A DNA stretch of 63,999 nucleotides, counting the filler, from Licmophora abbreviata (Eukaryota): NCBI GenBank assembly GCA_900291995.1. It is 15 parts of 15 records of this genome, joined end to end, with 100 filler letters (N's around TTAATTAATTAA, not from the genome) between each part and the next. Parts side by side here need not be neighbours in the genome. Positions count along the whole stretch, not along the records: positions 11,326 to 21,834 come from OLMU01003413.1; 14 more parts are not named here. One strand, written 5' to 3'. This document shows positions 11,490 to 21,720 of this stretch, one piece after another. A program made the translations under genes and the position numbers. The notes under the pieces are model-generated. The model ran no database searches. It had not been told where the DNA came from and saw only the letters and a list, made by a program, of their open reading frames with translations. Position 1 is the stretch's first letter. Each line of letters starts with the position of its first letter.

Positions 11490-14228
11490 ATGGTCGCATT
11501 TCTACGACTCCTCCTACCGCCCGTCCTCTTGCTTTCGCATCTGCTTCTTGACAAGGCGATGGCCCAAGTCTACGACATCACCCCGGCCGAGCTTGCCGCG
11601 GACGATGGCATTGTGGGCGACGAGTTTGGCATTTCGGTGTCCATATCGGGAGACACTGCGGTCATTGGGGCCATTCAGTCGGGGGCCGCTTACGTCTTTG
11701 AAAGATCGAATGGCGTGTGGACTCAGACGCAGAAGCTTCTTCCCACGGGTTACGCTGTAGGGGCTCAGTTTGGAGTCTCGGTGTCGATCTCGGGCAATAC
11801 GATTGTCGTTGGCGCAAACGGAGGCCGCGCTAGTGGCATAGCTTCGGGGGCCGCCTACGTGTTTGAAAGACCAGACGTAGATGGGGCTTGGACTCAGAAG
11901 AAGAAGCTTGTCTCCTCAGATGGCGCCTTGTATGACAACTTTGGTTTTTCAGTGTCCATCTCTGTCGATACAATCGTCGTCGGTGCCGGTGCAGACGACG
12001 ATGGGGGTACCAACACAGGGTCTGCCTACGTGTTCGAGCGGACCAATACCTCGTGGACACTGAAACAGAAGCTTCTTGCCTCCGATGCGGCTCAAGAAGA
12101 CTTTTTTCGGAATCTCCGTGTCAGTCTCCGGCAACACGATTGTCGTAGGCGCCTGGCTTGCCATCGTTGGTTCCTCCATGTCAGGATGCGCCTACGTCTT
12201 CGAGAAGTCCAATGACGTTTGGTCTGAGACACAGAAGATTCTTCCTTCCGATGGCGCTTCCGCGGATTTCTTTGGAGTTTCCGTGTCGATCTCTGGCACT
12301 ACGATTGTCGTTGGCGCTAACGGGAACGACGGTACTGGCGAGGACTCCGGCGCTGCGTACGTCTTTGAGAAGTCAAATGATGTCATGTGGCCTCAGACCG
12401 AGACACAGAAGCTTGTGGCTTCTGACGCTGCCACGAACAAGTTTTTTGGACTATCCGTGTCCATCTCTGACGAGAGAATTGTCGGCGGTACACTTTCTGA
12501 CGACGGCGGTGGCACTTCCTCAATGCCCACGTATGTGTTTGAGAAATCAAACCTGACGTGGGAAGAGATCCAAAAGCTGCTGGCTCCGGCCTCTGGGTCC
12601 GGGAATGCAGCTGGTGGTTTTGGTCGATCTGTGGGCATATCCAATGGCCTTGTTATCGTAGGTGATCCCGTTGCGGACCCAGTCATTGCCGCCAATGCCG
12701 GCGCTGTGTATTTCTTCAAGGAAAAAGTAAGTGTTGGCTGCGCGGTGTGGTATCCGTCTGGGATTCTGTCGCTCTGCTCTTGCGGCCGGATTATCCTGGG
12801 GAATTTTTTCACTGACGCTCTTTTGCATCCGTCCTATGGAACAGACGGCTTTTGCCATTGCGGCGGTCGACTCTTCCCTGCCCGAAGATAGTTCTTCTTT
12901 TGCCTTTACTGTCACTCGCAGCGGCAGCACCACGGGCACTGCCAGTGTAGACTTTGCGGTTACAGGCGATGTCGATGGATCTGATTTTGTTGGTGGTGTC
13001 TTGCCAACAGGGACGCTTACTTTTCAGGATGGCGAAACAAGCCAGTCCATCACGATTGAAGTTAATGGAGATACAGATATCGAGTCAGACGAAACGTTTA
13101 CGGTGACACTTAGCAATGCCGCGAATGGGGCAATGATTACCACCGCAACTGCTACGGCCATCGTTCTGAATGATGATGTAAGTACTCTGTTTGGATCGCT
13201 ATCGTCATTTTGTCGTGCCTGGTCTCTCTCATCGCCCTTGTGCTGGACAGCTCAACGTACAAACGACGGCTTTTGCCATTGCGGCTGTCGACTCTTCCCT
13301 GTCCGAAGGTGATACGGGTGTCACTACCTTTGCCTTTACGGTCACTCGCAGCGGCGTCACCACTGGCGTATCAACTGTAGACTTTGCCGTTACAGGCGAT
13401 GTCGATGGATCTGATTTTGTTGGTGGTGTCTTGCCAACAGGGACGCTTACTTTTCAGGATGGCGAAACAAGCCAGTCCATCACGATTGAAGTGAATGGAG
13501 ATACAGATATCGAATCCGACGAAACGTTCACGGTGACACTTAGCAATGCCGCGAATGGCGCAATGATTACTACCGCAACTGCTTCGGCTACAATTGACAA
13601 TGATGACACTGACCTAGAAGCATGTTTAGACGACAGTGACTGTGTCGGAAGTGGGCTTGGCTTTGCATGCGATGCAGGATCGTGCGTGCCGTGCCTGACC
13701 AATATCCAATGCAGTTCCAATACCGACGATGCAAAAACAGTTTGCTTGACCTGTGCGGATATGGGCATGGTGGGCGGATGTACCTCCTCTGACCACGTGT
13801 GCGTTGATTGCGATGCCAACGGTCAATGTCAGAACGCTGGGAGGGGACGTGCGTGTGTGGACAAGACGTGCGTTGGTTGCTCATCGAATTGGCAGTGCAG
13901 GAATCGCGGCGAGTATGAGGGAGACTATTGCGTGGACAACGAGTGCGTTGAATGCAAGTGGAATGGACAGTGCAGCGATCCACAACCCTATTGCGTCGAC
14001 AATGCGTGCGTTGAATGCAAGTGGAATGGCCAGTGCAGCGGATCTGCCGTGGGACCGTATTGCGTGGACAAGACTTGCGTTGAATGCAAATCCAAAAGGC
14101 AATGCCGCAATGCCGATGCCGGACTTGACTGTCTGAATAATGCCTGTGTTGGCTGCACTGCCAACTGGCAATGCCGCAACGCTGACAACGCTGGGTTGAA
14201 CACGTGCGTTAATAATACATGCGTTTAG
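11490..14228 (+). CDS. Secreted protein with 7 FG-GAP repeats, 2 Calx-beta domains and a Cys-rich tail, paralog of 2752-5974; exons about 11490-12726, 12845-13177, 13251-14228; +1 frameshift at the T6 run 12102-12107
   Basis: Signal peptide MVAFLRLLL...; FG-GAP repeats continue across ORFs 11490-12215 and 12076-12891; C-terminal Cys-rich region closely matches copy 1 (CRNRGEYEGDYCV). Confidence 0.82.
12946..13583 (+). repeat. About 208-bp direct repeat (12946-13153 and 13376-13583), a duplicated Calx-beta exon
   Basis: Copies offset by 430 nt with about 7 mismatches by eye, all at synonymous third positions. Confidence 0.9.
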
Positions 14229-15052
14229 TTCTGCAGAGGAAAGCACATGTTTTGTCAGGCGAGGATAAGCGAGAGAGGTCGATACCTCGTACGCGAAGCA
14301 ACAAGGAGGGTTTGATAAAAAGGAAATACCAGAAGTCTACATCTCTAGAGACGAACGATGATAGGCAAAAGATCTGAAGTACATGGTACACATATACCAA
14401 GGAAGCACTCAATGAGATTTGACATTAGCTAAACTGCTTTCATAAGACAACGTGTTGAATGTGAATGTCCTCAGGTCGATCGTATGAGTCTTACATTCGA
14501 ACGCAGCAATTGCACCACAGAGGAAGTAATTGATGGAAATTGCATCATTGCTACCGGTCTGTTTGGCAACGGGTCTGTCGTGGCCGAAAGCCTGTATCTT
14601 ATTCTGTTTAGAGAGAGCTAGATTTGTGAGCCTTTCGCCGTCACCTCGTCTTGATTGAACGAGGGCAATGGATCTACTGTCAACAGGAATTATCAACTAG
14701 GGAGAACAATGAGGCTAGACAACGTTATGGTCTGGTTTGTGTTCGCAAGACCTTGCTCGAGACGGCGGTTGTGCGTATCTGAGGGTGCCACAACTTCATG
14801 ACTCGTGTCGGCGAAGAACGGTAATCTTCCCTCTACTTCCGCCGTCCTATGCGGAAGATCAGCCGTCGCTGAAGATTATTGCATACATTGGACACTGGTA
14901 TCTATCTACACTCGTCCAACACGACGATCTGGCCAACCAGTCGTTAAAAAGTATTGGAGGAAGCAAAATCACAAATACAGCGAAGGCAAACAGTGAAAGT
15001 ACGATCGATTATGCAGGTTCACAAAACGAGAAGGCTCTCGCATAGTTTCTTT

Positions 15053-17593
15053 CTAGTCTTGCTTAGCTGGCGGAGCGCCAAGGCGCCCTGTCTCCAAGAA
15101 TTCTTTAGGCACTTCATCATTCCGAACGAGTTTGTAGTTGCCCTTCTTATAGCCAGCTATCCAAAGCCTGGCGGCATCGGCTGGAAGACTGTCCGAGTGA
15201 AACGTCGTAGTAGGATAAATTTCGCTTTCTGAGACGACGATGCGTAGGGCTGCCACCTTGTCTTCGTAAGTGCCATTGCGCAATGATGGAGAGCTCGCCG
15301 GAATGCCTGTGGGTAGTGTTCGTTCGAAAAGCATTAAGAACATTGTAATATGAGTCCGTGGTTGCTTTCTTATACATTCGCACAATTTCACGCATTTTGA
15401 ATTTACGAGCACCGCTTACCGACAAAAAAGTCTGCTCTGAACATGTCCTTGTGCTTGCCAAGTTCTTCGGCCTGCCTTACAAGCTCCGGCCAGTCCAGCC
15501 AGTCGAATGGAATGTTCTTATGAAAGCTACCTTTAACGGTAGTGCCGTTGCGATAGATAAACGCACCAAAGAAACGATGCTGCTCTTCAATGTAGTTCAT
15601 CTGTCCACACCATACGCGCCCCCAGATGACAAAGATGCACAGCTCCAGCGGAGGACGATCCCATTGATGAAAGTCGACCAAGCGTTCTTCCACGACAAAG
15701 CCTGGATTCACATTCTTCAACGCCCAACTCTCATACGGCTTGGCGATTCCGTGAAGATCTTTGGCAAGACTTCTGGCAACGACCCAGTTGTCAAAGGACT
15801 TGGCCGTCTCGTCGGCAATGAGCTGTCTCGCAGTAGAGCTAACGATCGTCTCATTGGTGTCCAAGTCGCGACTGACGAGCCAAATTCCGTTCGTTTCGGA
15901 AAAGTGCGACGGCTTGGCCGCAAAGTCCGTTTCGTTGGGAAGCAACTTTGTAAATGGCATTCATCTCGTCTTCGACAGTGCCTGTTTCGGAAATCTCCGA
16001 ACCATAGTGCAGCGCGTACAGACGAGGCTGATCGAATCCCATGGTGGGCAACCAGCGCTTGCGTGCCACCTTGTCGACATAAAAGGACCACGACTTGCGC
16101 TCCTGCTTGTTGCGATAGTTGAGAATATCCTGCCACCCTTCGTTGCCTTGAACAAGATCACCAATGTAAAAGTCTTCGTACAATTCAAAGGGCAGTTCAT
16201 CCGTCTCGGTGGGCAAATCGTCCTCTTCGTCACCCATCTTGTAGGTACCCAGGTTGACACCCGCCACGACATAATCCGTCTGCGTAAAGGGGGACCAGGA
16301 GAAGGGATCAATGTCATCGAGGAGAGCATTTCGTATTCCATCCACAAGCGCCGCATGGTAGGCAGCGACCAACTCGCGTTCGTGTTTCGGCACAGACGCC
16401 ACATAGGGCGCGTCTGGTTGGAGAACATCCTGCAAGGCTTCCAGACGCTCCAGTTCCTCTTGGAGTAGGTCCATCGCCTTGTCCATGGTTGGACGCCCGT
16501 TCGGCCACTTGACGACCAATGTCTGATTTTCGTGCAACTCCGCCACACTGATACTATCCGGTTCCTCCACTTGAAAGGTAAATTCGTACGTGCGACCCGT
16601 GTCCTCCTCTACCAATGGAAACGAAAAGTACCTCGGCAATTCTTCCACGATCCCTCCATCCATAAGCAAGCGTGGCGTCCCCAAAGGCGTCCCGAATCCA
16701 ACACTCCCATGAATCGCTTCTCCCTTTTGGATGGTCCTTGCTGCCACAAGGACAATATCTGCTCCCACCTGGAAGGATTGGAGTTGCGTATTGTAGTGAG
16801 GACCATCCCGATGCGAGTATACATCAAAGAAGGGCATCATGGCTTCTTGGTATCGCGAAGCAGTCGTATCGGGAGTCTTGAATCCATTGGATCGGTATCC
16901 CACCACCAAGAGTGCAGCCTTGACCCCCATCTCATCCTGCAAGTCCCCCTCACAGGTGTCACGGTACCACAGCAAGTGACTCCCCACATTCCGCGGCGGG
17001 AGCGAGTCTCCCACGACAGTGGCCAAGAGTTCCTTGCCCCCCTTCGTCCATCCATCGGGAAGACGCATGGGTTGCGTGTATCCAAACAACAAGCGCATGT
17101 AGGGTTCCAAGGCCGACGTGCCGTCGAGGTAGCGCTGGAGTTCTCGATGCGTCACGTGCACGAGATGGCAGAGATCTTCCGATTCCGGGTCGTCGGAAGA
17201 GAGAATGAGATCCCACGGGACGCGGAGGAGCGTGGTGCCTTGGGGGATGGTGGCTGTGGCGAAGACTTTGCGAGAAGGATTGTAAGGAGAAGAATCGTAT
17301 CGGACTTGTTGACGCGCGTCGACCGTGCCTCCGTTCTGGCGAATCCAGTCCGTGACGTCTTGAATCATCGATAGCATCCTAGTAGAGTGTGCTTCCGCCT
17401 CGTTGCAGCTGTCTGTGATGCTTGTATCGCCCTTCGTGTCGACTTCCATGCAGGATTGAAGACTGCGGATGTCGGCGTAGACCGTGGCGGTTTGCTGTGC
17501 GAACACTGCAAACACGACGAGCCGCAATAAGGAGACTCCCACGACGAGGCTCCCAAAACTAGCCCGGCCGAGCGAGAACGGGCGAAGCAGCAT
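15053..17593 (-). CDS. Signal peptide, SET-like domain, TupA-like ATP-grasp; intron 15419-15307; +1 frameshift near 15947-15949
   Basis: WIRQNGGTV, FATATIPQGTTLLRVPWDLI, MMPFFDVYSHRD; then YVDKVARKRW, AKPSHFSETNG, VVEERL, FRADFFVG, SESEIYPT; the spliced junction gives VG-IPASSP. Confidence 0.8.
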
Positions 17594-18047
17594 CCTCCAA
17601 TCTGGTCTGATATGATTTTTGCTCTCTGGTGGACTACACGTAGACTCGTTTCGTACGAGGATGAATGCGACGACGACGAATGTGCACCGACATGGTCAAC
17701 GGGAACATGAGAACCCTTATTCTCGATCTCTCTATATATACTTGCGACACTCTGGTATTCTGTTCTACGCTGCTTCTCTACCAGCCCAAAGGACATTTCT
17801 CGCCCAAGGCTTCCCCTATGAAGTGTGACTGTACTCGTCCATTTATACACTAAAAATGTCAACAGTGTCCAAAATGTCGTTGTCGACTCTGCGCGCTCAC
17901 AATTTGAACTCGATCGGGTGCTTTTTCTTCGTTTGAGAGAGGGATGACGATGATTGAGTATCGGAATGTGACACCCCACGTATCATACACAGACAGACAC
18001 AAAGACACACTGTATCCTCTACTAGATCCACAGTACCAGTGTTGACA

Positions 18048-20129
18048 ATGACGATGCCGAGGAGAATGATCCAACGACGACCCTCCTTTGCGCATCCTTC
18101 TCTTTCTACATCGTCATCATCGTCATCGTCATCGTCGTCAGTATGGAACCTTGCACTCCTCATGACATCCGTGCTCTTCTTCCTTGTCACCATTAATACT
18201 CTCGCCATGTGGAAACTTGTACAGGACGACCACCACAATCAGCAGCTACAACACTCACAAGAGCTTCCCTATTGGTTGTTGTCGACTACTGTGAGTACTG
18301 ACAACCTGTCGACGACGACGGACGAGAGTCTTCTTTCCAATACAACAACTGCTGAATACACCACTCCACCCGCACCCTCCTTCCTCACCTCACGCCACGA
18401 CAATCTCACATTCGGTCATGCAATCCCCACCGACCCCGACGTGTACTACTATTCATCGCCGCCACCACCCCACACTCCACCGGACCATCGCTGGCGCTAT
18501 CGATCCAACAATGTCTATTGGAACACTACAACAGACCCTCTCTACCTTCACTTTCATCAACACGTCACCCGCATGCGACTCTCGCAACACTCCACCGGCG
18601 CCATTGTCCCCACCGCCGTTCGAACCTACCAGAACAAGGTGACCATGACACTGCTGCAGAACAATCTGACGAAACTCGCGACGCTCTGGAACAACTCATT
18701 TCCCTTTACACTCGAACGAACGACCTTTCCACTCTTTGACGGGACCACCTACATTATTACCGGCGACATTGAACTCATGTGGCTGCGAGACTCCTGTGCG
18801 CAAGTTCAACCCTACTTGAGACTCTTGGGACAATCGGAGGAACTACTGGCATTGGTGGAAGGATTGTTGAGGAGGCAAGCCTTGTTTATTCTGCTGGATC
18901 CCTATGCGACATCCTTTCGATTGTTTCTTGATTTTAATTTCAAGGGCAAGATGGCGTTGGAGGAATGGGATTACAAGTGCGGACGAACGGTTCATGTGGC
19001 CATGCACAATTACGAATTGGACAACCTTGCGTACTATTTGAAATTGTCCTACGAGCTCTTTGTTCACTACCATCGTCAATATCAAGAGAGTAACAATACT
19101 ACTACAACAACAATGACGATGAGAGCGCTTGATGACACTTGGTTGCAATCGTTGGATCGAATTTTGGAAATTGTCGAACGTGAACAGAACCACAATGCTT
19201 CCAACTATACGTATCCGGAATTGCCTCGCAACGGCAGAGGAAGTGTCGTGTGCGATGGAGGCGGTCTCTCCTGGAGCGGCTTTCGGCCATCCGACGATCG
19301 GACCAAGTACGGGTACTTGATTCCGGCCAATCAAATGATGGTGGTGTCCCTGCGGAATGTTGTGAAAATTCTATCGAGCATGGCGGACGGCAATGACGCT
19401 CGCTTGATGCGAGTGCAACAACTGGCCCAGTCCATGGACGAGGGCATTCACAAGCATGGTGTGGTCGACGATGCGGAGTTTGGGCCTATCTACGCTTACG
19501 AAGTAGACGCCTGTGGAAACTACAAGGCCATGGATGATGCCAACATTCCGTCGCTGCTGTCGTTGCCCTATTTGCAATACACATCTCCGCACGATCCAAA
19601 CAATACGATTCGAGACAATACCCGACGGTTTGTCTTGTCACCTCGGAACAAGTTCTTTTACAGAAGCGAAGACCATGGCTTGGAGTACGTCAGTATGGGT
19701 CTTCGACTATCAGGTGTCAACAGCTCTACAGAACAACAGAACTGGAACGAGTCGGAGCTCACCAAACTCGGCAACATCCCAAATACAAGCACAGGGAATC
19801 AAGGGATCGGGTCGGAACACACGAAATCCTGTTATATCTGGCACTTGTCGCTCATTATGCAGGCGCTCACCTCGACAGACGACAATGAGTTGCGAGACTT
19901 ATTGAATATGCTGCAACGAACGGCGTCACACGATCTAATGCACGAGAGTTTTCATATGGACAGGCCCAAACGGTTCACAAGAAAGTCATTCGCATGGGCC
20001 AATAGTCTCTTTGCGGAGCTCATCTCGACACGACTGGAGGATATCGTGCGAATCATGGGTAATGAGACCCAAAGAAAAACAAAACGGATATTGGATTCCA
20101 ATACTCTAGCTATTGCTGCACCATCATGA
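18048..20129 (+). CDS. Glycoside hydrolase family 125 (exo-alpha-1,6-mannosidase-like), type II membrane anchored
   Basis: Motifs TGDIELMWLRDS, YELDNL, GFRPSDD..YGYLIPAN, MDDANIPSLLSLPYL, FAWANSLF; N-terminal TM helix; possible in-frame intron near 19693-19794. Confidence 0.88.
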   Translation: MTMPRRMIQRRPSFAHPSLSTSSSSSSSSSSVWNLALLMTSVLFFLVTINTLAMWKLVQDDHHNQQLQHSQELPYWLLSTTVSTDNLSTTTDESLLSNTTTAEYTTPPAPSFLTSRHDNLTFGHAIPTDPDVYYYSSPPPPHTPPDHRWRYRSNNVYWNTTTDPLYLHFHQHVTRMRLSQHSTGAIVPTAVRTYQNKVTMTLLQNNLTKLATLWNNSFPFTLERTTFPLFDGTTYIITGDIELMWLRDSCAQVQPYLRLLGQSEELLALVEGLLRRQALFILLDPYATSFRLFLDFNFKGKMALEEWDYKCGRTVHVAMHNYELDNLAYYLKLSYELFVHYHRQYQESNNTTTTTMTMRALDDTWLQSLDRILEIVEREQNHNASNYTYPELPRNGRGSVVCDGGGLSWSGFRPSDDRTKYGYLIPANQMMVVSLRNVVKILSSMADGNDARLMRVQQLAQSMDEGIHKHGVVDDAEFGPIYAYEVDACGNYKAMDDANIPSLLSLPYLQYTSPHDPNNTIRDNTRRFVLSPRNKFFYRSEDHGLEYVSMGLRLSGVNSSTEQQNWNESELTKLGNIPNTSTGNQGIGSEHTKSCYIWHLSLIMQALTSTDDNELRDLLNMLQRTASHDLMHESFHMDRPKRFTRKSFAWANSLFAELISTRLEDIVRIMGNETQRKTKRILDSNTLAIAAPS

Positions 20130-20341
20130 TGAATCAATATTTGAACATACTACTACAGGGACCACACAATGCAAGACGATATTTTACGATTGAGTATCTC
20201 CTCTTCCATACCAGACGCTATAGGATGGTAGTGTTGATGGCAACGTGTAAGAACATGTATTGCTGCACCTCGTACAACATTAGATCTAGACAGACTGTTT
20301 CCTTCTCGCAGCTCATTCCTTTGTTTGATCTTTAGTTTTTC

Positions 20342-21438
20342 TTATAATAGTAATTGAAACTGCGGTTGCTGCAGGGCCCACTGATAGAGGTCAACATCCC
20401 ATCGATTGACGGCACGCACCTTGTTGTAGATGTTGCTGCCCGTCAGGTTTGGCCGTTTGCGATTCACATTTCGCTTGTTTACCGCATCACTGTTCTTGAT
20501 TCCCCAGGACATTGTTGCACTAGTAGTAGAAGTATTCGTATGGACATCCTGAGTGTCATGACCCAGCAACATGATTCGCAACTGCCTTGTACACTCTTCC
20601 AGGTTGCTCTGAAAGCATACGAGATCCATGTCCAACAAGAACTGCTGGGCCAGTTGTAGAGACGTGTCATTGACTGGCACTTGGTAATAGTTCTGGGCAT
20701 CGTAGGCAGTCCAGGTCGGCCCCTGCCCCGCCAGGAATCGAACCATATCATTCCTATACTGCCAATAGTAGTTGCATCGCGTGGCGTCCGAAAAGAGACA
20801 GTCGTCCCATTCGGGTGTGGCATGACTGTGGTAGTAAAAGGCACTGATCGCTCGATCCACGGGTTCTCGGAGCAGCGTGATGAGCTTGCAGCGTTCGGTC
20901 CCCGTCTTGTGGAGGAAGGGGCGAGTGAGATGACCCGTGTGATAGACCTTATCGTGAAAGGAGTGAGTGGGAGGAAGCATGGTGGGTGGTCTGGACGAGC
21001 CGTACTTGTCGTAGAAGGAGTACCACTCTCGATTGATCCATGGAAGGTTTGTTGTTGCTGTTGTAGTATTATTGGTGGAAGAAGCAGTAGTAGTAGTAGT
21101 ACGAGTAGCAGAGTAGTAGCAGTACAGAGGGACTTGAGATTGGCGCCCAGGGCAGTGCCGGCCGTCTTGGGAATGTGAAAAAAGACAAGGCAATTGGCGT
21201 CTCCGGGGGGACGAGAGGCATGAAGCTTTTTCGGAGAAGTAGTAGTAGTAGTTTCATACTGGTGCTGACACGTACTACTACTAGTACACGTACCGGTACT
21301 ACTAGCAGTAGTGTTCGAATGAGACGACAGTGATGCAGACATGTTTTCCCAAAAGACTGCGTCGTCGGTGACTAGCGCAATGGTCGCCGCTACCAAAACC
21401 ACCGCCGCCACGACATACGCAATGCGCGACTGCACCAT
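20342..21438 (-). CDS. Golgi-type sulfotransferase (Sulfotransfer_2/HS2ST-like); frame change near 21125-21058
   Basis: N-terminal TM; 5'-PSB motif FFHIPKTAGT; 3'-PB motif LLREPVDRAISAFYY; C-terminal N.WDVDLYQWA; a 68-nt GT..AG intron 21125-21058 would restore the frame. Confidence 0.8.
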
Positions 21439-21720
21439 GATGACGACGACACTGACGCAAGAAAGTGGTGCGACTGATGAAGAGAGAAACGACGAGGTCA
21501 CTTGGTCATCCATCCATCCTCTCCTTTTTCCCGCCAAACGGACGCAGAAGGCGTCTCAAAATTCAAAGTGTGCACGGTACCTCACCTCCGGGTCCGGCCA
21601 CGCTCACTTTTCCATCGTCTGTTCAATTACCTTCCCAACACTCTGTCTACCCAAAACTCCTGTTCCTACGCTCAGGAGTGCGCACAGAATGTTTCACACA
21701 GTTCACTCACTCTATCGACC

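Noticed and set aside
14409..15045. Short ORFs between the FG-GAP gene and the SET/ATP-grasp gene
   Set aside because: No recognisable motifs, non-ATG starts and no supportable gene model
6765..15949. +1 frameshifts at about 6770, 12102-12107 and 15947-15949 as pseudogenes or programmed frameshifts
   Set aside because: Each is one extra base in a homopolymer of an otherwise intact gene. Overlapping gap flanks (tacttcaag near 34240 versus tactcaag near 34378) show this error type directly, so sequencing error is most likely; raw reads would settle it
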